DNA of 28,392 nucleotides, from positions 1 through 28,392 of IMG/VR virus record IMGVR_UViG_3300037041_000591; one strand, given 5' to 3'. Made by a program: the position numbers and the translations under genes. The notes beneath the pieces were generated by a model. That model had not been told where the DNA came from, made no database searches, and worked only from the letters and a program-made list of their open reading frames with translations. Source of the stretch: a virus (taxonomy: Duplodnaviria; Caudoviricetes). Shown piece by piece: positions 1 to 7,908 of the stretch; position 1 is the stretch's first letter, and the number at the start of each line of letters is the position of its first letter.

Positions 1-127
1 GACAACTCAAGAGCGGAAACGTTAAGGCCGAAATAAATTTTAACGCTCCTCAAGTAACTTTTTAAACTCGTGGATCGGATTACATTACTTTGAAAAGATA
101 ATCGACGACGTTAAAAACTAAAATAAT
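1..127. repeat. Terminal direct repeat, copy 1 (circular assembly overlap)
   Basis: Bases 1-127 (gacaactcaagagcgg...aaaataat) are identical to 28266-28392. The 127-nt length matches a common assembler k-mer, implying a circular or permuted genome of about 28,265 bp. Confidence 0.95.
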
Positions 128-154
128 TTAGAAATTATTTATAAACTTGAAACA

Positions 155-766
155 ATGGCGGAAAATAAAAAATCTTTTGTTTTATACGCGGACTTGATCG
201 CAACCGTCGGAAAGTTGCCGGACGAGATCGCCGGAAAACTCTTTAAAATCGTCCTCGAGTACGTTAACGACCTTGATCCAACGATCGACGATCTCCTTTT
301 GTCCGTTGCCTTTGAGCCGATTAAATTACAACTCAAACGCGATTTAAAAAAGTACGAATGTAAACGCGAACAATGGTCGGACGCGGGTAAAAAATCCGCC
401 GAGGCTCGACGATTGGCGAAAATTGCGGCGGATAAATTGGAAAAGTTAAAAGGAACGGATTTAACGGACGTTGAAAATCGTTCAACGGTTTCAACTGATA
501 ATGTTAATGTTAATGTTAATGTTATAAAAGAAAATAAACAAAAGAAATTTATTAAACCAACGATCCAAGAGGTTCGAGACTATTGCAAGGAGAGAAAAAA
601 CTCCGTTAATCCGTCTCGGTTTGTTGACTTTTACGAGGCGAAAGGTTGGAAAATTGGAAAAAATACTATGAAAGATTGGAGATCCGCCGTCCGGACTTGG
701 GAGCAAACTCCGGATAATAAACCGGATAATAAAAAACTCGGCCTCAATGGATCGGAAAACTTTTAA
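155..766 (+). CDS. Phage replication initiator / replisome organiser (DUF6291-like N-terminus)
   Basis: N-terminal KKSFVLYADL motif, low-complexity NVNVNVNV linker, and C-terminal FIKPTIQEVRDYC...FVDFYEAKGWKIGKNTMKDWRSAVRTWE domain typical of phage initiators. Lies directly upstream of a DnaC-like ATPase. Confidence 0.8.
   Translation: MAENKKSFVLYADLIATVGKLPDEIAGKLFKIVLEYVNDLDPTIDDLLLSVAFEPIKLQLKRDLKKYECKREQWSDAGKKSAEARRLAKIAADKLEKLKGTDLTDVENRSTVSTDNVNVNVNVIKENKQKKFIKPTIQEVRDYCKERKNSVNPSRFVDFYEAKGWKIGKNTMKDWRSAVRTWEQTPDNKPDNKKLGLNGSENF
454..523. repeat. Iteron-like repeats inside the initiator gene (candidate origin)
   Basis: AACGG repeats, an inverted repeat CGTTGAA-N5-TTCAACG (469-487) and a tandem (AATGTT)x4 array, all in the linker-coding region, analogous to lambda O iterons. 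Confidence 0.5.
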
Positions 767-871
767 AACGAAAAAACTTGCAAAATAAATTTAAAATAAG
801 TAAACGCCAAAAAAAATTATTAACAATCTTGATCGTTTGTAAAATTATATTATTTTTTCAAATTATATTTT

Positions 872-879
872 TATATTTG
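872..879 (+). promoter_or_regulatory. Bacteroidota sigma-A -7 box TATATTTG
   Basis: Exact TAnnTTTG match in the AT-rich intergenic region 767-907, 28 nt before ATG 908. No clearly spaced -33 TTG. Confidence 0.6.
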
Positions 880-907
880 CGATCGGAACTTTATTAAATC
901 TTGAGAA

Positions 908-1612
908 ATGGAAATTACTTTATCAATGTCGTTGAGGGAACGTTTTTGGAGATACGCGAACTTTATAACCGAAAATAAATATACGGTCGACGACGAAAAT
1001 CAAATCCAATTAAAAAAAATTATTGAAGCGGTTGAAAACTCTCCGAAAGGTTTACTCGTTTGCGGTAAAACTGGATCGGGTAAAACATTTATTTTTGAGG
1101 TACTCTCGAGAATTTACCGAGGGCCGTTCGATCCCGAGAGGTTTATCCTCCGACATTGCGACGCGATCGTCGCGAAGTACGAAAAAAACGGCGAGGATTG
1201 TTTCCTCGAGGAGAAAAACCTCAATATCGTTTACGACGAACTTGGTCGAGAAAAAAATCCGGCAAAATATTACGGTTCCGATTGCGACGTTATGCAAAGA
1301 GTTATCCTCAAACGATACGAACTTTTTAAACGACAAGAGGCCCGAACTTATTTTACGAGTAATTATTCCGCTCAAGATTTACGCGAGAGATACGGCGATC
1401 ATTGTTTTTCGAGGCTCTCGGAAATGGTACAAATAATTAACCTCGGAGTCGCTCAAAATTATAAGGATCGGAGATCGGACGCGGTTCCTTTTGTCGGAGG
1501 TTTGCCGGAGGTTTTACCTTATTGGAAACAAACGGCCCCGACAAAAAATCCGCCGGACAATCCCGAATTTATGAACCTCGCGAAAAGTATCGCGGAAAAA
1601 ATGAAGCGTTAA
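908..1612 (+). CDS. DnaC/IstB-like AAA+ helicase loader
   Basis: Walker A GKTGSGKT, Walker B-like YDELG, FTSNY...YGD..FSRL.EM motifs. Adjacent to the initiator. Confidence 0.85.
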   Translation: MEITLSMSLRERFWRYANFITENKYTVDDENQIQLKKIIEAVENSPKGLLVCGKTGSGKTFIFEVLSRIYRGPFDPERFILRHCDAIVAKYEKNGEDCFLEEKNLNIVYDELGREKNPAKYYGSDCDVMQRVILKRYELFKRQEARTYFTSNYSAQDLRERYGDHCFSRLSEMVQIINLGVAQNYKDRRSDAVPFVGGLPEVLPYWKQTAPTKNPPDNPEFMNLAKSIAEKMKR

Positions 1613-1616
1613 AGAT

Positions 1617-1841
1617 ATGATAATGATTACCGTATTAAATGATAAGGACGGAGATTATCAAGTTAAAATTTATCGCGACCGAGATATTATAAACTCGAAA
1701 GTTTTATCGATCGATCAATCCTCGACACTTTACCGAGAAAAATATTATTTTCAAACACAAAAGGCGGCGGAGATTTTCGAAATCGAATACAATAAAACCG
1801 ACGCAAAAAAATTAGTTAAACGATTTTTAAAATCAAAATAA
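1617..1841 (+). CDS. Hypothetical protein
   Basis: 74-aa ORF tightly packed in the + strand early operon. Confidence 0.7.
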   Translation: MIMITVLNDKDGDYQVKIYRDRDIINSKVLSIDQSSTLYREKYYFQTQKAAEIFEIEYNKTDAKKLVKRFLKSK

Positions 1842-1846
1842 AAAAT

Positions 1847-2053
1847 ATGATTAATGAAACGACTTGGTTTTATTGGCTCGTATCTTTAGGAGACGCGGAT
1901 AAAATATCGGAGGCGATCGTTAAAGAGATAAACGATAAAACGGATCAACCTTTACAATTATTTTTATTTTACGGACTCAATCCCGATACGATAACGCAAA
2001 CCGAGTACGAGGAAATGATCGGAAAAATTTTAAAACTAAAACCAAAAAGATGA
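1847..2053 (+). CDS. Hypothetical protein
   Basis: 68-aa ORF with an A-rich leader and ATGA overlap with the next gene. Confidence 0.7.
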   Translation: MINETTWFYWLVSLGDADKISEAIVKEINDKTDQPLQLFLFYGLNPDTITQTEYEEMIGKILKLKPKR

Positions 2054-2355
2054 CAAAAGAGGAGAGAGATAATTTCGACCTCGACGTTTTAAACGCCTTG
2101 GCGAAATTCCCAAAAGACGACGACAACGGAGTCGCTTACGTTCGCGTAAAAATGGAGGGCCAAAAAATTGAGAATACTTTTTTACATACTCGATCCAGTT
2201 ACGGAGCAATTCAAGGAATAATTTATCACTTGATAAGTAAAAAAGAAATCCGAACTCAAGTCCTCAACGCTATGTTAAATTTTTTCAAACAAAATAAGGA
2301 CGAGATCGCCGACTTTTCCGAATATCTCCGACAAATCAAAAACGAAAATTTATAA
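2050..2355 (+). CDS. Hypothetical protein
   Basis: 101-aa ORF, translationally coupled on both sides. Confidence 0.75.
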   Translation: MTKEERDNFDLDVLNALAKFPKDDDNGVAYVRVKMEGQKIENTFLHTRSSYGAIQGIIYHLISKKEIRTQVLNAMLNFFKQNKDEIADFSEYLRQIKNENL

Positions 2356-2356
2356 A

Positions 2357-2881
2357 ATGATTAACTCGATCGAAATAAAAATCGATAACGATATAAAAAA
2401 AATAGTCGGAGACTTTTTAAAAAATCGAAACGTCGGAGAACGTGGTGAGTTTGACGGAGATTTCCGAAAACAATATATCGGATTTATCGCCGAGGCGATT
2501 GTTTATAAATTCTTTTTCGGAAATTATCCCGATATAACAATCGGAAACGATAACGGGATCGACTTTATTTTGAACGGAAAAAATATCGACGTCAAATCGA
2601 GCGAGACAACGAAAAAGATTAACGATAATTTTGTCGTTACCGTCGTCCTTTCTCAACTATCAAACAAATCGGAGGCGTATATTTTTACTTTTGTTAATCC
2701 GGAGACGTCGATTTTAACTCTTGTCGGTTGGATTGATAAAAAAATATTTTTAAGGCTCTCGAATTTCGTTCCGAAAGGATCGGATCGGTACAAGTCGGAC
2801 GGATCAACTTTTAAAATGATAACCGATAATTTTGATTTGAGGATTTCCGATCTCCTCGATATTAAGTATCTCAAACCGTAA
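2357..2881 (+). CDS. PD-(D/E)XK restriction-endonuclease-like nuclease
   Basis: G..AE helix (YIGFIAEAIV), then DNGIDF and NIDVKSS, giving the E...D...(D/E)xK catalytic arrangement, followed by YIF...LVGWI strands. Confidence 0.65.
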   Translation: MINSIEIKIDNDIKKIVGDFLKNRNVGERGEFDGDFRKQYIGFIAEAIVYKFFFGNYPDITIGNDNGIDFILNGKNIDVKSSETTKKINDNFVVTVVLSQLSNKSEAYIFTFVNPETSILTLVGWIDKKIFLRLSNFVPKGSDRYKSDGSTFKMITDNFDLRISDLLDIKYLKP

Positions 2882-2900
2882 AAAATTAACAAATATAAAA

Positions 2901-3251
2901 ATGGAAACAAGCAACGAAACCCGAAAAGAAAATTATCAATTTAAGTATGTTTTTACCGAGGACGAGATCAAGGAGAAATCGAAACAACTAGCGAGAGCGA
3001 TACAAGCGAGGCTCGAACTGGAGGACGAAAAGAAAACCGCCGCCTCCGAATTTAAAGCAAAGATCGAGGCGAAAGTTTCCGAGTCGAACTTGATCTCGAA
3101 CCATATCAATAACGGTTACGAATACTTGTTTAAAACTTGCGACGTTGTTCTCGACTTTGTAACGGGCCGGAAAACTTATTTTTTCGAGGGAGTTGAGGTC
3201 GGAGTCGAAACAATGACAAAGGAGGACTATCAAAAACAAATCGGCGAATAA
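2901..3251 (+). CDS. Hypothetical protein (coiled-coil N-half)
   Basis: 116-aa ORF with an A-rich leader and charged heptad pattern. Confidence 0.8.
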   Translation: METSNETRKENYQFKYVFTEDEIKEKSKQLARAIQARLELEDEKKTAASEFKAKIEAKVSESNLISNHINNGYEYLFKTCDVVLDFVTGRKTYFFEGVEVGVETMTKEDYQKQIGE

Positions 3252-3292
3252 TTTACGAACGATAACGAACGTTAACGGAACTTAAAACGAAA
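3251..3292. repeat. Imperfect ~10-bp-period tandem repeat
   Basis: atttacgaac / gataacgaac / gttaacggaa / cttaaaacgaaa in the intergenic gap. Confidence 0.5.
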
Positions 3293-3358
3293 ATATCAAA
3301 AAAAAATTAATCGAAATTTATTATATTTACATATTATTAAAATTACAATATCCGACAA

Positions 3359-3664
3359 ATGGGACTCAAAAAAACGAAAACGGTAAAAATAAAACGCCAA
3401 CAACGCGAGGAGACGGTTCAAATCGTCGACCTCGTTAACGAGTATAATCTTATTCTCGATAAAAAATCAAACCTCTCAAAGTCCGAACGCGATCTCGTTA
3501 TTTTTAGGATTGAGAAGTTAAAGGAACGCGGCCTCGTTAAATTACAAACTCAAGCCGAGGCCGATCTTTTATTTAATCAAGGCGTTCAAGTTTCTCAAGC
3601 GATCGACGCGGATCAACAACCGATCGAGGAGCAAGTCGCGCAAATTATAAACGGATCAAATTAA
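3359..3664 (+). CDS. Hypothetical protein
   Basis: 101-aa ORF after an AT-rich gap containing a TATATTTA promoter-like variant (3322-3329). Confidence 0.75.
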   Translation: MGLKKTKTVKIKRQQREETVQIVDLVNEYNLILDKKSNLSKSERDLVIFRIEKLKERGLVKLQTQAEADLLFNQGVQVSQAIDADQQPIEEQVAQIINGSN

Positions 3665-3678
3665 AAGGACGTAAATTA

Positions 3679-3978
3679 ATGAGAGCGGAAATCGAAATAA
3701 AAGAAATCAAACTCAACTCGGGAAATATTTATCTCTCGGGCCACTACTCCGGCGACGGCCTTTACATTGTCGAGGACGAGTTAAAAGGAGTCTCGTTTGT
3801 TGTCGTCCTTGGTTCGTCCGTTTGGTATCTCGATAATAAAATCCCGAACTTTATAAAAGAGTTAAAGGAGCAACCGAAACCGGAGGAGAAATTCTCCGAG
3901 GAGTTTATCCTTAAACTTGTCGCGATTGCGGCGAATAAAGAGAATTACAAAAACGTAAACGCGCAACCGATTAAATGA
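3679..3978 (+). CDS. Hypothetical protein
   Basis: 99-aa ORF in operon context. Confidence 0.75.
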   Translation: MRAEIEIKEIKLNSGNIYLSGHYSGDGLYIVEDELKGVSFVVVLGSSVWYLDNKIPNFIKELKEQPKPEEKFSEEFILKLVAIAANKENYKNVNAQPIK

Positions 3979-4151
3979 TCTCCGACGAAAATATTTGTAT
4001 CAAGGAAACCGAGAAAATAATCGCCGGATATTTGTTTCAATCCTCCGACGTTGTTTTAAAGATTAAAAACGGAGAGGTCGTTTCCTTGCGTATCAAACGA
4101 AAATACGGTAAATTTACAAGGCCGATTTTTAAATATTACAAAAACGTATAA
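3975..4151 (+). CDS. Small hypothetical protein, 58 aa (not in ORF track)
   Basis: Hand translation MISDENICIKETEKIIAGYLFQSSDVVLKIKNGEVVSLRIKRKYGKFTRPIFKYYKNV*. ATGA overlap upstream and TAA directly abutting the terS ATG, filling the gap exactly. Confidence 0.75.
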   Translation: MISDENICIKETEKIIAGYLFQSSDVVLKIKNGEVVSLRIKRKYGKFTRPIFKYYKNV

Positions 4152-4538
4152 ATGTTAGAACAAAAAAAAATTTTATATCTCGACGCTCTCGCGACTTGTC
4201 TCGGCAACGTTACCGAGGCGACGACTCTCGTCGGTATGTCTCGCGCAACTCATTACGACTGGATTAAAAACGATCCGGAGTTTAAGGCCGCGTTCGACGC
4301 TCAAGATTACGGCGAACAATTAAAAGATTTAATCGAGAAAAAACTCGTCGAGAAATTAAATCTCAACGATACCGCCGTTATTATTTTTATGGCGAAAACA
4401 AAATGTAAAGATCGCGGATATATCGAACGACAAGAGATCGACGTTTCAAAAATTCCCGTTAATTGGATCGAGGAAAAATATTCGGATAATGAAGTTAACG
4501 AAAAAGCAATCGGAGGCGATCGACCTCCTCGAGGATAA
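4152..4538 (+). CDS. terS: Terminase small subunit
   Basis: N-terminal HTH (GNVTEATTLVGMSRATHYDWIKNDPEF) and AVIIFMAKTKCKDRGY motif. Overlaps the terL start. Confidence 0.85.
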   Translation: MLEQKKILYLDALATCLGNVTEATTLVGMSRATHYDWIKNDPEFKAAFDAQDYGEQLKDLIEKKLVEKLNLNDTAVIIFMAKTKCKDRGYIERQEIDVSKIPVNWIEEKYSDNEVNEKAIGGDRPPRG

Positions 4539-5796
4539 ACAAACGACGGAGTTACTTTTCGGAGGAGGAGCCGGAGGAGGTAAATCGATTTTCGGTTGTT
4601 ATTGGATCACAAAAAACGCGATACAATATCCGGCGACTCGTTGGTTAATCGGACGATCCGTTTTAAAAACTTTAAAGGAGACGACGCTTAATTCGCTTTT
4701 TGATTTGTTTCGAATACAAGGGATCGCGCGAAACGTACATTACAAAATAAACTATCAATCAAATTTAATAACGTTTTTCAACGGTTCCGAGATACTCCTC
4801 AAGGACTTGTTTAATTATCCGAGCGATCCGAATTTCGATGAACTCGGTTCCTTGGAAATATCCGGCGCGTTCGTCGACGAGGCAAATCAAATAACGGAGA
4901 AATGTAAAGAGATTTTAAAATCCCGTATTCGATACAAACTCGACGAGAATAATATTATCCCTAAAATTTTATACACTTGCAACCCCGCGAAAAATTGGAC
5001 GTACTCGCAATTTTATAAACCTTGGCGAGAGGGATCAATAAATAAAAATAGGGCCGTTATTCAATCACTCGCGATTGATAATCCGTATATCTCGAAACAT
5101 TACCTAGAGAACTTGAAAACTCTCGACAAGGTTTCAAAGGAGAGACTACTTTTCGGAAATTGGGAATACGACGACGATCCGGCGAGATTGATTAATTTCG
5201 ACGCGATAACGAATATTTTTACAAATAACTTTCAAACGAAAGGAAATAAATATCTATCGGCGGACGTTGCTCGATTTGGAGACGATCAAACCGTTTTAAT
5301 CGTTTGGGACTCGTTAAAGGTTGTCGATTATAAATTGATACCGAAATCCTCAATCGTTGAGGTTGTCGACGCGATTAAATCCCTTGAGGTTAAACACGCG
5401 ATCCCGAGATCGCAAGTCGTTATCGACGAGGACGGAGTCGGAGGAGGGGCCGTCGATCTCTTGTCCGGTTGCAAAGGTTTCGTTAACAACTCGAGAGCGT
5501 TAAACGGAGAGAACTATCAAAACTTAAAATCTCAATGTTATTTTAAACTGGCGGACTTTATTAATTCAAATCAAATCGGTTGGGCCGATTGCGATACGAT
5601 CACAAAGGAAAAGTTAATCGAGGAACTCGAGCAAGTAAAGCGAAACAATATCGACAAGGATCAACGCCTTTCGATTATCCCAAAAGATAAAGTAAAAGAA
5701 TTGATCGGACGATCGCCGGATATTTCCGACGCCTTGGCGTTGAGAATGTTTTTCGAACTCTCTCCTCCGCCTCGAGTACGCTCTCGAAATTATTAG
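4489..5796 (+). CDS. terL: Terminase large subunit
   Basis: Walker A GGGAGGGKS, Walker B FVDEA, coupling motif TCNP, nuclease domain SADVARFGDD...SPDISDALA. Confidence 0.95.
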   Translation: MKLTKKQSEAIDLLEDKQTTELLFGGGAGGGKSIFGCYWITKNAIQYPATRWLIGRSVLKTLKETTLNSLFDLFRIQGIARNVHYKINYQSNLITFFNGSEILLKDLFNYPSDPNFDELGSLEISGAFVDEANQITEKCKEILKSRIRYKLDENNIIPKILYTCNPAKNWTYSQFYKPWREGSINKNRAVIQSLAIDNPYISKHYLENLKTLDKVSKERLLFGNWEYDDDPARLINFDAITNIFTNNFQTKGNKYLSADVARFGDDQTVLIVWDSLKVVDYKLIPKSSIVEVVDAIKSLEVKHAIPRSQVVIDEDGVGGGAVDLLSGCKGFVNNSRALNGENYQNLKSQCYFKLADFINSNQIGWADCDTITKEKLIEELEQVKRNNIDKDQRLSIIPKDKVKELIGRSPDISDALALRMFFELSPPPRVRSRNY

Positions 5797-5870
5797 GTAC
5801 TTATGAAAAAACAAATAATAAAATTTTATAATTTTACGGCCTCAAGTTTTGGTTTTAAAAGTAGTTTCCG

Positions 5871-5904
5871 AAAAAGTCCTCTCTCTCAAGGGAGGATTTT
5901 TTTT
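5871..5904 (+). terminator. Intrinsic terminator after terL
   Basis: Stem GTCCTCTCT / AGGGAGGAT (two G-U pairs), loop CTCA, T8 tract at 5897-5904. The upstream A5 suggests it could be bidirectional. Confidence 0.75.
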
Positions 5905-5951
5905 GGTACTCTATTCCGTTTTTATTTGCCGATTAAAATTATATTTGTATT
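5902..5951 (+). promoter_or_regulatory. Tail-operon promoter: TTTGGTACT site plus TATATTTG -7 box
   Basis: TTTGGTACT at 5902-5910, TATATTTG at 5940-5947, GTG start only 4 nt later. Same layout as 15118-15167. Confidence 0.6.
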
Positions 5952-6437
5952 GTGGTAAAATTCGAGGTTATAACAAACAAGAGAGTCGAAACGAAAAGCG
6001 TTCCGACAAGTTGGGACGAGGTTACTTTCGACAAATATGTCGAGTTAATTAATTACGACGACGGTACTCTCGAGAGACGTATCGCGATCCTTGTCGGTAT
6101 TGATTACGATTTAATTAATACTTTACGCGCGGACGACATTGTTAATCTAATTCCGATAATTGCTTTTTCCTTTGAGTACGACGAAATTTTAAATACGTCG
6201 TCGGAGCCGGAGGAGTACAAGGATTTTAATATCGGTTTACAAAGTTGGGCCAAGTTGGAAAAGGCGAAACAAGCGATCGCGAAACTTGACGGAAAGGACA
6301 CAATAAACGCCGGAGCCGAGATCGTTCAAATTTATACCGATCGAGATATTAAAAACGAACCAGTTACGAAAGTCCTCGGAGTGGTTAATTTTTTTTTGCG
6401 CAAATATCTCGATTTTACGACCGTTTTAAACAATTAA
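5952..6437 (+). CDS. Probable tail assembly chaperone (short, gpG-like product)
   Basis: VPTSWDEVTFDKY N-terminal motif. Ends just after a T9 slippery run (NFFL) with an open -1 frame beyond. Confidence 0.6.
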   Translation: MVKFEVITNKRVETKSVPTSWDEVTFDKYVELINYDDGTLERRIAILVGIDYDLINTLRADDIVNLIPIIAFSFEYDEILNTSSEPEEYKDFNIGLQSWAKLEKAKQAIAKLDGKDTINAGAEIVQIYTDRDIKNEPVTKVLGVVNFFLRKYLDFTTVLNN

Positions 6438-6676
6438 CGGAGGGGAAATATAGCGAGGAGGAGGAGGAGGCCGGAGTCGATAACTTTAACAAGTACGGGT
6501 TTTTTAAAACTCTTTACTCATTATCAAGGGGAGACGTTACAAAATACGAGTTATTACTCGAGACCGACGCCGAAACTATTTTTATGACATTACTTTTCGA
6601 AAAAGAAAAAAGAGAGTATGAGGAAAAGTTAACTGAAATTTATAAAAGACAAAATGAACTATCAAAGTCTCGTTAA
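6395..6676 (+). CDS. -1 frameshift extension of the chaperone (gpGT-like, fusion about 241 aa; not in ORF track)
   Basis: Open -1 frame FAQISRFYDRFKQLTEGKYSEEEEEAGVDNFNKYGFFKTLYSLSRGDVTKYELLLETDAETIFMTLLFEKEKREYEEKLTEIYKRQNELSKSR* has no early start codon and fills the 6437-6654 gap. Slippery T9 at 6389-6397. Confidence 0.75.
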   Translation, partial: FAQISRFYDRFKQLTEGKYSEEEEEAGVDNFNKYGFFKTLYSLSRGDVTKYELLLETDAETIFMTLLFEKEKREYEEKLTEIYKRQNELSKSR

Positions 6677-7391
6677 TACAATCCGAAACGTTGCAAATAC
6701 GGTAAATCCTCCGCCTCAAGGTCGTTTTGTTCACGCCCGACGGACGGACGGATCGCTCGAGTATGACGGGCCGTTTCCTCAAATCCATTTATTACCCGTT
6801 CAATCGGAGTACGATCTTACAAACGATAACGTTAAACACACCGTCGTTTTAATGTTTTGGCAACAAGATACGCCGGAGACAACAAACGAACGCCGCGAGG
6901 AAATTATCGCCGAAATGGACGATCTTTCGGATATATTTCTTTTCACTTTAAACGCGTCCTCGAGTTTGAACTTGAGCAACGTTTTAAAAACTCCCGAATA
7001 TAGGCAACTCGCCGGAACGTTATCCGGTTACGGATTGTCGTTTGTAATATCCTCTAAAATAGATTGTCCGATTATTCCTCCGCCTCCGGATTGTCCGATT
7101 ATAACCGTCGATAATTTTCCGGATAAATTTTATTTTAATCAAAAGGCTTTATCTTATGCACCTATATTGAGCGACGGAGTTTATTCTCCTCCTTTTGAGA
7201 TAGTTGATTTTTCGGGAACCGTCCCCGACGGTTTGGCCTTGTTTATTTACGACGACGGCCTCGGAGGTTACTCGGTAGGAATTTCGGGGACTCCGACAAT
7301 TATTCAAGATTACATATTTTCTTTAAAGATAAAGGACTCAAACGGTTGCGAAAGCGATTTGCATACTTTTTTTATACCTATTCAACCTTAA
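6654..7391 (+). CDS. Tail terminator-like protein with C-terminal Ig-like (He_PIG-type) domain
   Basis: ~140-aa N-domain with a terminator-like pattern (FPQIHL...GYGLSFVI), a Pro-rich linker, then GTVPDGL...ISGTPT...YIFSLKIKDSNG. Confidence 0.55.
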   Translation: MNYQSLVNTIRNVANTVNPPPQGRFVHARRTDGSLEYDGPFPQIHLLPVQSEYDLTNDNVKHTVVLMFWQQDTPETTNERREEIIAEMDDLSDIFLFTLNASSSLNLSNVLKTPEYRQLAGTLSGYGLSFVISSKIDCPIIPPPPDCPIITVDNFPDKFYFNQKALSYAPILSDGVYSPPFEIVDFSGTVPDGLALFIYDDGLGGYSVGISGTPTIIQDYIFSLKIKDSNGCESDLHTFFIPIQP

Positions 7392-7395
7392 AAAT

Positions 7396-7908
7396 ATGGC
7401 GATTTCGATATTTGAAAAAGAAATTTTATCCGCGTTCGCCGAGAATTATCTCCGCGAGTTTAAAAGAGTGATCGAGAAATCCGCCTCGGCCTCGGGCAAA
7501 CTTGCGAACTCCGGCGAATATACAATCGCGGGAAACGAGTTAACGATCGTCGCGAACTCTTATCTTTATTTTTCAATATACGGACGCAAACCTTACACAA
7601 TTACAAACAAAAACGGAAAGGTCGTCGCCGATCCGAAAAAATTACCGCCGATCTCAAATATTGAGCAATGGTTAAAAGATAAAGGACTCGTAAATTTATC
7701 GCCTTGGGCCGTTGCTCAATCGATTACGAAAAAAGGCTCGAAAGTTTGGCAACGATACCGAGGACAACCCTCGCCGTTACTTGAGGGAATACCGCTCGAC
7801 GCTTTACTTGATACATTACAAGAGGGACTCGGCGAGAGATTTGTTCAACAAGCGACGACCGAATTTTTAAAAGACTTTGAACTCGAACAATTAAATATTG
7901 AATTATGA
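7396..7908 (+). CDS. Tail completion / neck protein
   Basis: ASGKLANS...YGRKP...LPPISNIEQWLKDKG...AVAQSITKKG pattern and position in the tail operon. Confidence 0.55.
   Translation: MAISIFEKEILSAFAENYLREFKRVIEKSASASGKLANSGEYTIAGNELTIVANSYLYFSIYGRKPYTITNKNGKVVADPKKLPPISNIEQWLKDKGLVNLSPWAVAQSITKKGSKVWQRYRGQPSPLLEGIPLDALLDTLQEGLGERFVQQATTEFLKDFELEQLNIEL

Noticed and set aside
1-127. 127-nt terminal repeat as a biological direct terminal repeat
   Set aside because: The length equals a common assembly k-mer and the repeat starts inside a gene, so it is best read as a circularisation overlap.
5794-5958. TAG readthrough of terL, stop-codon reassignment, or a 51-aa ORF at 5803-5958
   Set aside because: Genes are intact and densely packed under the standard code. 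TerL is complete at the TAG, and the downstream frame runs through a terminator and a promoter.
6273-6280. GCGATCGC (cyanobacterial HIP1) copies suggesting a cyanophage
   Set aside because: The few copies are explained by general CGATCG/CG enrichment. Promoters, leaders and proteins point to Bacteroidota.
6497-6510. Second slippery-looking run GGGTTTTTTAAAAC
   Set aside because: Its X XXY YYZ registers are not in the translated (-1) frame. It simply encodes GFFK.
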